This document shows, in pieces, positions 40,501 through 54,679 of a DNA stretch of 64,000 bases (position 1 is its first letter; every line of letters starts with the position of its first letter). Source of the stretch: the human T2T-CHM13v2.0 reference genome, Homo sapiens; NCBI RefSeq assembly GCF_009914755.1, contig NC_060927.1; one strand, written 5' to 3'. Made by a program: the position numbers and the translations under genes. A model generated the notes under the pieces. It did not search any database, had not been told where the DNA came from, and saw nothing but the letters and a program-made list of their open reading frames with translations.

Positions 40501-41308
40501 AACGCACTATAAAGCATTACCTGAATTCTTTCTATGTGTTCATAAGTAAGGTAGTATAAGGAAAAATTTTGAAGCATTCTAAGACTAGATTTATTTCCAT
40601 TAACATCAATGATGTTAAATATTGCATTATGATAACCACCTTTTTTGTGATAATCCCAAAATATTGTGAGCATTTTGAGCGTCAGAAATGTGTTTTAAAC
40701 ATTTTCAATGCTCCATATCATAGTGTCTAAAGCATAGTAGGCTCAGGGTAAATGTTTGTTAAATGAATAAGTAAACATTAGAGTTTCTGTGGATAGAGTA
40801 TTCAATTTTAACTGACTTCTTTTTCCTTTTCTTTTCTTGACTCTGTCAATACAAGCGCCTTCCCTTTGCACTTTCATTTTTGCTTTTTCTGCTCTACTTC
40901 ACCTTCGATTATTTTTTCCAAGTGCAAGTTCCACTTAATACTTTTACAGCTTGGAATATCTACTTTTCTTTTAAAGCTTTTGGTTTTACTCCTTTCCTTG
41001 AGTGCTTTCTTTCTATCATTTTGAATATATCCTGCCACCAAAACATCTTGAAAAGGAAGCTAGGCATCTTTTATTTTGACCATTACTTTTATTTTGATTT
41101 TTTGTTCTAGAAATATATGTTCCCCCCATATATATATATACACACACACATATGTATATATGTAGAAATATATATATTTCAACAAATGTATATATTTCAT
41201 AGATTTTGAGAAATTAATTTTAGCCAATTTTAGTAGTAACATAGATCAGAAAAGCGATATAAAGCTCTATTTTTTTTGTTCATGAGCCTCTTAATTCTAT
41301 TGGAATAC

Positions 41309-41329
41309 GTGTGTGTGTGTGTGTGTGTG
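41309..41329 (+). repeat. (GT)10 microsatellite
   Basis: Read directly from the sequence. Confidence 0.93.
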
Positions 41330-41837
41330 AATTTAAGTGTATTCCAACCTACTGGTATTTATATATCAATAAGCAACCTTCACATCTTACAGACTGAACC
41401 TAAAATTTGGCCTCATAGGTCAAACTTGGATCTTGCACAGCTCCAAACATAGCCATTGGTGTCTTAAATTAAAGTCCCCCTCTGTATTTCTTTCCTTTTA
41501 ACAGACCAGAGAAAGAGCCCCAGTTGCTCTCTTGATGTGAAATCAATTTCCTTCTTTGTATTGAGGCTTGTTTCTCTTGTACTAAGATTACATCTAGTCT
41601 TCTTCCTCTAGCTGTCTGTGTTCTTAATGCATTACACGGTTCTGCTTGAAGGTCTGCTTTCCCTATATCTGGGTGATTTTAATTAGTCTTTTGAAGTTTC
41701 TTTTGAAATTCTTCTGTTTCCCTTTTGATTATGACTGTCTACAGTTCCCATTATCTCAGTCTTTATGTCAAATTCTTTTCTACGTTATTATTTCTTCTGG
41801 AAATTTAACTCCAGTTATCAGGGTGTTTGTTTATTTT

Positions 41838-41838
<1 letters not shown>

Positions 41839-41880
<42 letters not shown>
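41839..41880 (+). repeat. (TG)n microsatellite, ~21 units with one interruption
   Basis: Read directly from the sequence. Confidence 0.95.
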
Positions 41881-41886
<6 letters not shown>

Positions 41887-44009
41887 TACATATACATACA
41901 TGTACACATAAATACATTTTTCTCTTTTTGAAATTCTTGTCCTGCTTCCTCTTGCACACCCAGGGGAACAGAAGTACGTCCTGATTATTGCACTGTTACT
42001 CAAAATGTCTAGATGAGTAAATAAATGTTCTCTGAACAGTGAGGTAGATTGTATGACAATGAAGCCTACAGAAGAAATATTTTAGCAAACTCATTCTGGT
42101 CAAGTTGTTAAGGAAGGTGCAATGTAGTTTGTCTTCAATAAGTGTTTGCCAAAAAAAAACATGAATAAAAATGAAACATTTTGGATATGGTCACATCAAA
42201 AGCAACTGCATCTTCTGAAATAAGGCACTTCAGCTTCTCAGAGATGCAATCCAAAACGATTGGCACACTCGTCATTTAAAACTATGCAACAGAATTCCCA
42301 ACAGCGTTTAATGAGGAAGAGCTTCAGTCTACATTAGAGAAATCCACAGTAGGTACCACCTCTAGTACTGAAATAATAAGCTTTTGTTTGTCACTTACTT
42401 CTCTAAGTTGCACTATATAGACACAGATATACGTATACATATCAGAGCATTCTATTTCACATGATTAATTTCTGCATATGATGAGAATATGTATCACTTC
42501 CTTTATTGTCTTAGTATCATATTTTGTACTCAGATTATGAGCTGCACAATCTCACTTGGAATTGAATCTTGACTTGTGATTTGTGGACAAGTTTTTATGA
42601 TGGATTAATGAGAAATTAGATTAAAAGAAATTAGAATCAATATAATGACACTACGTTTCTCTACACCAAAAGTTGGGGAAGAAGACTTAAAATTCTGGTT
42701 ACAATGGAAATAGACTTATTTATTTTAATTATTGCAATTCTAAAGTGTTAGTCTTGTACATGGTATGTGTGAAATAGTTTTATATACTGTCATTCAGAGA
42801 AATTGTAGAATAATACATCTGAGTTCTATCAAATGGTTGTTTATGAAATTATTTATTTTTCAGCATGTCAGTAGTGGAATAGTTCATAACAACCTGAACT
42901 TGTAGATTTTGCTTGAAAATGCAGTCAGGACCCTGTAACAAATTAGTTTTCAGCTTCAGTATTTTCAGTTCCTACTGTGTTCGCCCCTGAAATTAACCTA
43001 TACAAATATCTCTTTATAAATGCTTATTTTCTATTTATGGCAGTTTTTAAAAACTCTTCATTTATTGGCAGACCAAGATGTAGAAGACCTCCTGCAGACA
43101 TGTTCATTGATAAGAACACCTGCTAATGGATTTTATTAGCTATCTATTTCAAAACTTATTAACTCATCAAAAATTGAATATTACCTCATCATCTTTTAGG
43201 TTCTAACTATTTTAACCTCTGACACCAATTTATTAGAGAAGTAAACTGAGTTCTTTGTGTGTTTATAGTCTTTTGAATAACATTCCCATGAAAAGTGTTA
43301 ATATCAAGTTATACACTGTCAGTCCTCTTGTAAAGGAGTATGCATAATGTTTTAAAGTCTCTGATATGCTTTAGAACAATATAGTGAAAGGGCATCAGTT
43401 ATATGTATTCTAAAGAGATGTTGACTGCTTTAAACAATATAATATATGAAAAATATTTAAATAAGTAGGCAGATAAATTATGATGAGGTTCTCATCACTG
43501 AAAACACTATTCCATAATTATTCATGCACAAAAACTTAGGACGGTTAATGCCTAAAGGATTTATTATTATTTTACAGACCATCAAATTACTTGACAAAAA
43601 ATATGTAGGCAGTTAAGCTACCAAAGTCAAAATATTAAAAGCTACTGTCCATAGAAAATCAATACGATGTTAAGAGAAAATATATTTGAAAGTATAATCT
43701 GAATTATAATAAATATAATGTACTTGAAGGAGACTTCAAAGGATATGATGAATATATAATATTACTTAGAATTATTATACAAAAGTACAATATCCAACTT
43801 TTTTCTTCTATCCAAGGATATTTGTTGTGTTACTTAAGCTGCACTGGACTTACTCCAACGATGCACTGCAAATAACACAGGACCCCTGTCCTTAACCCAA
43901 TTGAAGATATGACGTGCACACTCGTAAACTGAACAATAAGTTAACATATGAGATTGGACATAACTTTACAGTTTCAATAGTAAATAAGTTGTTAGTACAA
44001 GGGTTATGA

Positions 44010-44190
44010 GTTTATTCAGCAAGTATTTTTTGAGCACCTCCTTCCTCCTCTGTCCCAGGTAATATTCTAGGTGTTAGGAACACATTAGTGAATTAAACAT
44101 AAATATTTTTGTCTTCATGGACCTGACAAAGAAGAAGACAAAAAATAAGCAATGTAAATATAAAAAAGTTAAAATATATGGTATATAAGA
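44010..44190 (-). mobile_element. L2 LINE 3' end
   Basis: tttattcagcaagtattttttgagcacct..tattctaggtgttaggaacacattagtgaa. Confidence 0.65.
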
Positions 44191-44704
44191 GCCCGTCTTA
44201 CTGACTTTGTAGTAGAAAGAGATTACTGGGCTTAACAGAATTATCAGAATGATTAAAAAATGGGTTGAATCATTCTAAGAAGAATGATTAAGAATGTCTA
44301 AAGGGCACAATGGAAAGTGGCTCAAATGTGGGTGTTAGAATCAGACCTGCAGAGAGCAGTAAATCAATGACTGTGATGAGAGACGTGTCTATTTGGAAGG
44401 AGCAAGTGATGAATTCGGATATAGAAGTTAAAGCACAAATAGCCAAGTATAGTCATTATATTTTCAGTGATTGGGGAATGAAAAAATTCATGCAAAGTGT
44501 GTGGTAGGAAAATAAATATGGAAATGATGGTACAGGAAGGCAATTGTGTATTGGAAATATAGCACTAACCTTATCACAAACTCCAGGTAGGATCTTGGCT
44601 CTCCCAATTATCACCTCCTGAGAGTAGATCGTCTACGCATCAGAATTACAATTTGCTTTTTGAAAGTAAAATACTTTGCAATGAATTAACAAATAATAGA
44701 ATAT

Positions 44705-45266
44705 TTTATTAGTTTCCCATGATGCTTAATAAATTATCATATACTTAGTGGTTTAAAACAATATCCATTTATCACTGGACAGTTTCTGTGGGTCAATAAT
44801 CCAAGCAAGACTTAGCTGGCCTTCTGCTCAGGATTTCACTAGGCTGAAATTTTATCAGAGGCTTGACTGGGGAAAAGTCTTCTTCAAGCTCCCTCAGGTT
44901 GTTGGCAGAATTCATATCATTATGGTTATAGGACTGAGATCATTCTCTTGCTGGTTGTTGGCCAGTGAGTGGAGTCTCTGTTTTTAGAGGCTGCCTGATT
45001 TCCACTGATAGGTGGTGCTCCCCATAGTCTTCTCACACTGTGGCAGCTTGCTTCTTCAAACCAGTAAGGGAGAAAAGCCTCTCACCTCTGTCTACAAAGA
45101 CAGCCTTATATAACATAGCATATTCAAGGATGCGATTATAACTTTTTAAATTTCCCTTGATTGGATCAAATCACCAATTCCACCTGGATGCAAGAGGAAG
45201 AGACAGCACAAAGGTGCAACTTTAGGAGTCACAAAATATTGGTATCGCCTTAGGGAATGCCCACTA
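44705..45266 (-). mobile_element. MaLR solo LTR, MLT1F/E-like
   Basis: ttattagtttccc..cttagtggtttaaaacaa..cagtttctgtgggtca..caggttgttggcagaattca..ggactgag. Confidence 0.75.
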
Positions 45267-47295
45267 TGAATGGGAAGCTGAATTTGTTGGTCACTCTTAG
45301 CAAAGACACCTTCTAACCTTATTTGTGGCTCCTTTTAATGATTGTATTTTTGCTTATCATATTTCTGATTTTAAAAAAATTTTAAAGGAGGCATTCTTTT
45401 TAAATTACCTTATATCATTTTTTGAACAAAGGAAGGGAGAGAGGAAAACATTTTAAACAGGAGAAATTTCTCAATTAAGGAAAGATGAGAAAATTAATGG
45501 CAGAATACAAAATTGACACTAGAGAACAGGACAATTTTATATATGTCAGAGAGAAGGTAAAAAAAACTAGAATATGGAAAATATAATGGAAATAGGAAGA
45601 AAAGGTTGTATTTCAGAGATATTATTATGCAAAAATCAAAATAAAATATGAATTGCCAATTTATTTTGACTGGAAAGATTTAGAGTTCAAAATATAGGGA
45701 AAATTAAAATGAGTTATTGAGCCTAGGAGATTAGAAGAATGGGGATACACATCAAAGAAACAGGAAAGTCATGAAGGAAAAAAGAGTATGGAGAAAATGA
45801 CCAGTGTTAATCATCAAATCACACCATATTGGAGGGCAGAGAAATGTACAAATTCCTGCAATATCCATGTCTTAAAAACAAGGCAGTCAACGTCCTAAGG
45901 AATTCAGTAACACGGAGGAAGGTCACACAATCAGTCAGAGGCACACCCAGTTCGCCAACCCAAACTTTTTGATTATTTATAGCGTCAAATGACTTTTTCT
46001 TGGACCACAGTTACTTTTCAATATTGAATTCTGGGTGAAAGAAGAATATTTGATAGACATATGTAATAAAGATAAACAGAGAAAAAAGATGACATTTGGG
46101 AAGGTAGGTGCACTTGAGGAAAAAATTTAGGTGTCATTTGGGTAGAAATAAAGCATTTATCAGATTAGATCTCTAAGAAAAGAGTAAAGAGAGGAAGACA
46201 CCAGCTAGGAGATAAACTTAGGCAGCATTCATATTTTGGGGGCAGGAAGAAGAAGAAACAGCTACTACAGACACAATTTAAAAGGATTCAAGACTACTGA
46301 ATATTATCATTTTGCTGAGTATTTAGCATGAAGGTTTTAGGTACAATATTTTATGTAACATTACCCAAGAAATGGTGAAAAGCTAACCTGAAAACAAAAA
46401 ATTACATAATTTAGCTTTTAAAATTCCATTTGTAAGTGTAGTAAGAGACTGGCATTTGAAATTAAGAAAGGTATTAAGAAACAAAGCATTACTATTTGGA
46501 GAAGATAGATAATTCCTTCCAAGACTAAACTATTTAGTGACAGTATGTGAGATGAAGATAATTTGGTTGTTTATTAATAAGATGCAAGTTACTTGCCTAA
46601 TGAACCATTTTAATCAGTGATTTATCAGTTAATCAGTGTTAATCAGCATTTCATTACTAAATAAGGACTTCATGATGAGGTGGACAAACTCATAGTGTTG
46701 CATGACTAATAAGCAGACATCAATTTTTTTCAAAATGATTTTTATTATTGAGGTCTATAATATTCAAAGTTTGGGAAAAGACTATCTTTAGGTTAGCAGA
46801 ATCCAGTGGCTTCATGAGAGAAGTCCAGCATTTGTGGTTGGATGATTTTGAGATATAGAGTACTTGGTGAATGTCCAGCTTTTCCAAGAACAAGGACCTG
46901 GAGAAAATGATGGTATTGTTAACTCTAAGTGAAAACACAGAATAGTCTCAGATAAATTATTATTTCATGTTTGTTCATTTTTCATTTTCTTATCAGTAAA
47001 ATAATATTGCTTATGTCATACCTTAAAAGGATGAAATTCTAGAATGTTGAGATAAAATCAAACAGATCTTGGGAAGTAGTTGTTCAACTATTCTCTTTGC
47101 TCATCAGAGGATGTCTGGAACATTAGATTTGGTTTTAAATGTCGTGTTTTAAATGTTGTGGACTTTATACCTCATCCAAACTCCTGGTGACCAACTCACC
47201 CATAACTACAAGTTTTGGTGAATCATCACCCTGTAGGCATTTTTAGCTCTGGGCCTTGTGTCCTCTGAGCTAGAAAACCAAATCTCAATTCTTGA

Positions 47296-47797
<502 letters not shown>

Positions 47798-48531
47798 TCA
47801 TTTTTTTAGTAAGGGAGCTGGATACAATTCCAGGTGATGTCCTTCCTAAACTGCTAAATTTATTTTATGTTAAATGATTTGCAGCATTATTTCTTATATT
47901 GAAACAAATTGATATACCACAGGCTAAAAATTTTAAAAATTATACAAATTTTAAAGATAAAAGCTATCTGAAAAAAAAAAAAAAAAAACGTGTTTGAAGT
48001 AGGCCATTTCATGCCCAAAGACCATGAGTATTTGAGCATCGCAGCCCTTAGTTATCAGAGAGATTTGTAAATCTGGGAAGGATTTTTGGGGGACTTGAGT
48101 GAAACAGAAGTTTCTGCCTTAATTTAAAAAAAAAGGGAAACTTGAACAACAAAACACAATAACAGAAAAGAATTGGACATCTATGGTATTTTTCTACCTT
48201 TCTGGATTACAATCAATTATGTATTATGATGACTTTTTAATCTTTCTCTCAGAAAGAAAATATTCAGTTGCACACAGAAGCAAAAAATATTAGTTCTCAA
48301 ATAAAAAACTTATAATTAAAATAAGACAGTAGAGCTTTCTAAAGTGTACTCATAAAATATTAATAGATATCCTGCCAACACTTTTTAAACATAAGAAATG
48401 CAACTGTGAAAGACATAGAGCAAAATTAGTAACGGAAGAAATTTTCTCACAAGTGTTATTAATGGCATGAACAGAAATCCAATTAAATGTAATCTGTTTC
48501 CTACAATAAAAGTGTCCTGGCACAGAAGTAT

Positions 48532-48565
<34 letters not shown>

Positions 48566-49569
48566 CAAATCTCATCCATGACACAAATCAAAAAGACACT
48601 TGCTTAGGAGATTCCTCAAATAGTTGAATAAATAAATACATCTTATTGTTTGTACTGGCACACTTACTGAGCAAGCTTTGGAACTTGGAAGAATATTAAA
48701 ACAATTTCTATCAGGAAATTCGAGTGAACATAGCACACAGACTCTTTTAAGTACAGTCATAGCTCATTAAGAACATTCTGCCTGCAGCACCTCTCTCCAA
48801 GTGTATTTACATATGCAAGACTAAAATAATTATATTTTAAGACATTTTCCATGTTTAAATAACATTACTTTTTGAAACTTTAACCTTCATTGATCTTTAG
48901 CCAAAGAATTCACAAAGTACTACACATTTACTAATCTGTAGCTAATATAAACCTGAGACTTGGAACATTTTTATGAAGTTTTGGATTGATTCCTTTAATC
49001 ATCAGATAATTTTGTCTATAATTGTTTTGCCCATCGTTTTTGTCAAAACTTATTTAAAACTTTGTTTTAAAATACTGTTTTGTAGAAACAAGAATAATTT
49101 TCTCTCATTAAAATATGCTGCCTTTTTGCTTTAAGAAAACTTAAAAATGATAAGTGACAAATGATGTAGTCTCTAATTTATGCTTTTTGAGTGATACGAA
49201 GTAACTATTCCCAAATTTATGAAATTATTGTGATAAGCAAAAACATGTAAATATTCTAAATGATTCCTTACTCTATGTTAAAATAAAATAGCGCAGCATC
49301 TATCTCTATTGTGTTCTATCTGGTAACTCACAGGAGAAACTCACCTTGATACATACACATATGCATTTTTTTCAGTCTCCCAATTTTTGGCATTTTCTGC
49401 ATTAGAGATAATTGAAGATGAAAAGGAGAAATGCTTTAAGTTCTTGATGAGAAAGCTATTTGTACTGATTTTTAAACAGTGAAATGCGATGTAAACATGT
49501 TTAAAAGATAAGTGAGAAACTGAGACTAATATAAAGCTTTAATATAATAATATAGCAATCTTTTCAATA

Positions 49570-49810
49570 AGTAACTTTTAAATGATCACATAATAGAAAC
49601 TTGATCAAAGTATAAGAAAGTCATTCCAAAACAAATACATATGCCTGAGAAACAAAAATAATATTCAATCTCATTATAATCGGAACATATAAATATAAAA
49701 TGACATTGTAGTTTTAAAAACTAGATGGGCAAATTAAAAACGAAGTATCCGTCTGGTTAGTATGTAAGATAAAGAGCATTCCCAAGCAATGCTGATGACA
49801 GCGCAAATAC
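49570..49810 (+). mobile_element. Very old L1 (L1ME-like) ORF2 3' fragment
   Basis: Decayed motifs atattcaatctcattataat..ctagatgggcaaattaaaaa..gctgatgacagcgcaaat. Confidence 0.4.
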
Positions 49811-52253
49811 ACCCAAATCAAAATAGACTGACTGTTTCAACTCAACTGTGGGCACTGCAAATGCTAGATGGATATGGTGATGGAGTAACTTGTGAGTTCT
49901 AATATTGTGTCCAGAGATGGTGCGAGAAAGAATGGCAGAGGTAAGTGAATGAGGTTCAACTGAAACTAAGAGTTACAACTATCCCTTTTCTCTTTTCCAC
50001 ATCTTTTTTGTCTCCACTTTCCAAAAGGAACATAAACCTTGGCAGCTGTCACTGTAAGGAGCAAATATAGTGCGTGCCAATCTATCCCATTTATTGGAAA
50101 CATCAATTTCTGTGATAAGTTAAAATGAACCACTATGGCTAATAGGAAGCAGCTAAACGTGGTTTGTGCAAAATTATTTTAGTTAAATTAGTCGAAACCA
50201 TACAATACATAAAAGGATCGGTTTTTTTTGTCATTGATCAATGAAATATTTATCCTGCAAAACCTACACTCAGCATGCCTTTATATATTTTAGAAAAAAG
50301 TCCCTACTGAGAGATAGGTCTGTAAACCATGTCATATAAGAAATATAAAGAAGAAACTTTATAAAATTCATCTGGTAGCTGTCTTCACCATACATTTATT
50401 TTACATTATGCCAAAAAAGAATAAGTAGAAATAACATGTAAGAATAATTTCTGGAAAAAAATATAAGTAACTTGTAATAAAGGAATTCACCATTTTCTCA
50501 GCCAGGCCAGTATGTGTTGGGGGTGGGAGAGGAAGTCATTTGCAAAGGATCTACTAGTACTGAGGATTCCGATAAGAAAACAAGCAATTCATGCATCCAA
50601 GGAGCTTACAATCAGGCTTTCCCTTCAGTTATGATGTTGAAACATGAATTGTTAGTATAGTGGCTCTGAAATTAGAAGTTGTGAGCAGAAAATTAAAAAA
50701 GGGCTACATGTTACATTCTACCCATTTAACAGGTTAGCCAAGCTACCGATCTATTGCCTGAAAATAAATGAGAATAATTTTGGAGCTAAAAAAATTTAGT
50801 ATCTAAATTTTTGTAAAGGATCTAGCTGGAATTCTAAATATAAAATGTGTTAACAGTCAACAAAGAATAACACAACAAATATCAAATTTTCTCTGGTAGG
50901 AAAGTAGATAACTTGAAAATCATCATCACATCTCTGTGGAATTTAGGTAAGTTATGGTACAGAATCTTTGAGTCCAATAAGCTGAGCTATTTTAAACCTA
51001 ATTGTGCACAACTATGTAAATGTTTGAAAACCTGCTCCCAGTCAACAGCAAGAAACACTGTCCAGAAAAATTGAAAAAAAAAAAGTGTTAACAGAATCAA
51101 CATCAAGAAACAACTTTGATTAAAAATATTGTACCCAGCGTAGGAGTGTTGTGTTTTCAACTATTTTGTATCAGTTTCTAAAATTAGTCACATAATACCA
51201 TGTTCTTCTTTTTATCTTTTTTTTCTTTTTCTATTTTAAACAAAATCATTCTTTAAGGGCTAGAGAAAATGGCCTATCTTCTGGGTAAATTGCATGTCAA
51301 ACATTTCAGAGCTTAGAAACCAGCTAATGAGAGTGTAATATTAAAATGTCAAACATGCACATACCATTTTCCTCCTCTTCCTGCCCCCAAACCCTCTGGT
51401 AACAACTATAATGATCTGTTTAGGCTTCAGTCCATTGTTCCCTTTCCTCACTCATATTTAGTAATTACTTTCTCCTCAAGGCTGCACTTTTCCAGAGAAA
51501 AGTAAATTTCCAAAGCAGTGTTCAGTTTTGAATTAAATTCTGCTTATATGACAGCAAAGACACATTAGGGGAGTGCATTCGACAGCTTGTAGCTTTTCTC
51601 ATTTATTTCCAGCTCCACAAAGTGCCTTTCAAAATATTCATGTATACTTTTCTCTGTTGAAGACGGTTTTTTCTTAGAAAACTTTCTGACTGACTGGATA
51701 ACAGCAGAGAAGATTTTAAATTGCGTGATATGTGTTATCCTCTTCGCTACTCAAACAGGGAATGAGAAGGGAAAAGGAAAAGATTTGGGTGAACAAGTGC
51801 TGAGTAATTGAAAATAAGGTCTCTAATGTGGTGACAAGACATTCATATTGGAAGGCCACGTGTGGATCGGACGTTTTATTATCAGTGACACTTGAAAGAA
51901 GAATGCAATATGAAGTAACGTATTTATAAAAACACATTCTTTCCAATTCTAGTTCATGTTCAAAGCGAATGTACATGACAAATTGTTAGCGCCATGCGGT
52001 ATTCGATAGGAAGAGTACAGAATTATCAACAAGAAATGCTCCATGAATAGGTATAACATCAAGAGAGCCAAAGCGTGTGATTCAGAGTGTAGCAGTGGCC
52101 ATAATTGCTTTGCTATTGTTTTTAAGTGCAAGGTCATTCTAACATATGAGATAGTTATGATATTAATAACATGTTTGATGTGATGTTTGTCATGCTCAAG
52201 TATGTGTGGCTTGCTCTAATGCCAACCATTAGCCTATTAAAAACAACTCAGAG

Positions 52254-52848
52254 CACTGTCTTCCACAACTATTGTGGAAGACAGTGTGGCAATTCCTCAA
52301 GGATTTAGAACTAGAAATACCATTTGACCCAGCCATCCCATTACTGGTTATATACACAAAGGATTATAAATCATGCTGCTATAAAGACACATGCACATAT
52401 ATGTTTATTGTGGCACTATTCACAATAGCAAAGACTTGGAACCAACCCAAATGCCCATAAATGTTAGACTGGAAAAAGAAATGTGGCACATATACACCAT
52501 GGAATACTATGTAGCCATAAAAAAAAGGATGAGTTCATGTCATTTGCAGGGACATGGATGAAGCTGGAAACCATCATTCTCAGCAAACTAACACAGGAAC
52601 AGAAAACCAAACGCCGCATGTTCTCACTCATAAGTGGGAGTTGAACAGTAAGAACATATCAACACAGGGAGGGGAACATCAAACACTGGAGAGTGTGGGG
52701 GGCATTGGGGACAAGGGAGGGATAGCACTAGGAGAAATACCTAATGTAGGGTTGATGGGTGCAGCAAACCACCACGGCACATGTATACCTGTGTAGCAAA
52801 CCTGCATGTTCTGCATGTTTCCCATAACTTAAAGTGTAATAAAAAATT
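52254..52848 (+). mobile_element. 5'-truncated L1PA (L1PA7-like) with a fold-back 5' junction
   Basis: ORF2 C-terminus 52272..52460 (WKTVWQFLKDLELEIPFDPAIPLL), 3' UTR aactaacacaggaacagaaaaccaaac, and an A-rich end. Confidence 0.93.
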
Positions 52849-53121
52849 AAAACAATAATAATTTGGAGCTATTTCCAACACTTGGAGTCTTTGTGCACAT
52901 AAACAAAGAATGGGATGCTATATTATCCATTTATTAGGCTGGTAAGTATTATATGTGGTTTTGTAGAGTGTGTACTATAAAGTTAGGCATTTTTGTGTTT
53001 CTCAGGGCATCATTGGAATAATTGTATTTTTCATGCTGAAACAAACAGAGCTGTGACTGCAAACCAGAAGAAGACAATTGGTAAAGAGTGATAATGAAAC
53101 ATGGTCCAATATTGACTTTTC

Positions 53122-54591
53122 TTTACATTTTTTTATTTCAATAGGTTTTTGGAGAAGAGGTGGTATTTGGTTACATGAATAAGTTTTTGGTGGTGATTTC
53201 TGAGATTTTGGTGCACCAATCACCCAAGCAGTGTACACTGCACCCAATGTGTAGTCTCCTGTCCCTCAACCCCCTTGCACCCTTCCCCCTGAGTCCCCAA
53301 AGTCCATTGTATCATTCTTATGCCTTTGCATCCTCACAGCTTAGCTCCGAATTATGAATGAGAACATACGACATTTGGTTTTCCATTCCCGAGTTACTTC
53401 ACTTTTCTAAGACCATTATTCTTAATGGTTAATGCAAATGCCATTATTTCATTCCTTTTTTTTTTTTTTTTTTGGCTGAGTAGTATTTCATGGTACATAT
53501 ATACTACAATTTCTTTATCCACTTGTTAATTAATGGACATTTCAGGTGGCTCCGTAGTTTTGCAATTGCGAATTATGCTACTATAAACGTGTGTGCAAGT
53601 ATCATTTTTGTAGCATGACTTCTTTTCCTCTGGGTAGATACCCAGTAGTGGGATTGTTGGATCAAGTGGTAGTTCTATTTTTAGTTCTTTAAGGAATCTC
53701 CACACTGTTTTCCATAGTGGTTGTGCTAGTTTACATTTCTACCAGCGGTGTAAAAGTGTTTCCTTTTTACCACATCCACACCGACATCTATTATTTTTTG
53801 ATTATGGCCATTCTTGTGGGAGTAAGGTGGTATTACATTGTGGTTTTGATTTGAATTTCCCTGATCATTAGTGATGTTGAGCATTTTTTCATATCTTTGT
53901 TGGGCATTTGTATATCTTGTTTTGAGAATTGTCTATTCCTGTCCTTATCCCACTTTTTGATGGGATTGTTTGTTTTTTTTCTTGATGATTTGTTTGTGTT
54001 TTTTTGTAGATTCTGGATATTAGTCCTTTGTTGGATGTATAGACTGTGAAGATTTTCTCTGACTCTGTGGGTTGTCTTTTTACTCTGCTGATTGTTTCTA
54101 TTGCTGTGCAGAAGCTTTTTAGTTTAATTAAGTCCCATTTATTTATCTTTGTTTTTGTTGCATTTGCTTTTGAATTCTGGGTCATGAAGTCTTTGCCTAA
54201 GCCAGTATTTAAAAGGGTTTTTCTGAAGTTACCTTCTAAAATTTTTATGGTTTCAGATCTTAGATTTAAATTCTGAGAATCTAGTTTCATTCTTCTCCAC
54301 GTGGCTTGACAATTATCCAGGCACCATTTGTTGAATAGGGTGTCCTTTCCCCACTTTATGTCTTTGTTTGCTTTGTGAAAGATCAGTTGGCTGTAAGTTT
54401 TTGGGTTTATTTCTGGGTTCTCTACTCCATTCCATTGGCCCATGTGCCTATTTTTATATCACTACCATGCTGTTTTGGTAACTATGGCCTTACAGTATTG
54501 TTTGAAGTCAGATGATGTGATTCCTCCAGATTTGTTCTTTTTGCTTAGTCTTGCTTTGGCTATGTGGGCTCTTTTTTGGTTCCATATGAAT
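53122..54591 (-). mobile_element. 5'-truncated L1PB1-like LINE
   Basis: 3' UTR ttatttcaataggtttttgg..gagtccccaaagtccattgtatcattcttatgcctttg. ORF2 relic 53889..54443. TSD attgacttttc (53111-53121) / attgactcttc (54590-54600). Confidence 0.92.
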
Positions 54592-54679
54592 TGACTCTTC
54601 ATCCTCAAACTGTCTATCTTAGATTTTCTCCCTCAGAACCCAGGATAATGCATAAAGGCTTTCATTGATCTTAGGTATC

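Noticed and set aside
48535-48566. T29 run followed by AG (acceptor-like or orphan retro-tail)
   Set aside because: No TSD, no adjoining element and no downstream donor recognised; treated as a mononucleotide repeat.
53889-54443. Longest ORF in the track (184 aa)
   Set aside because: Decayed L1 ORF2 fragment with deletions and a frameshifted end; not a gene.
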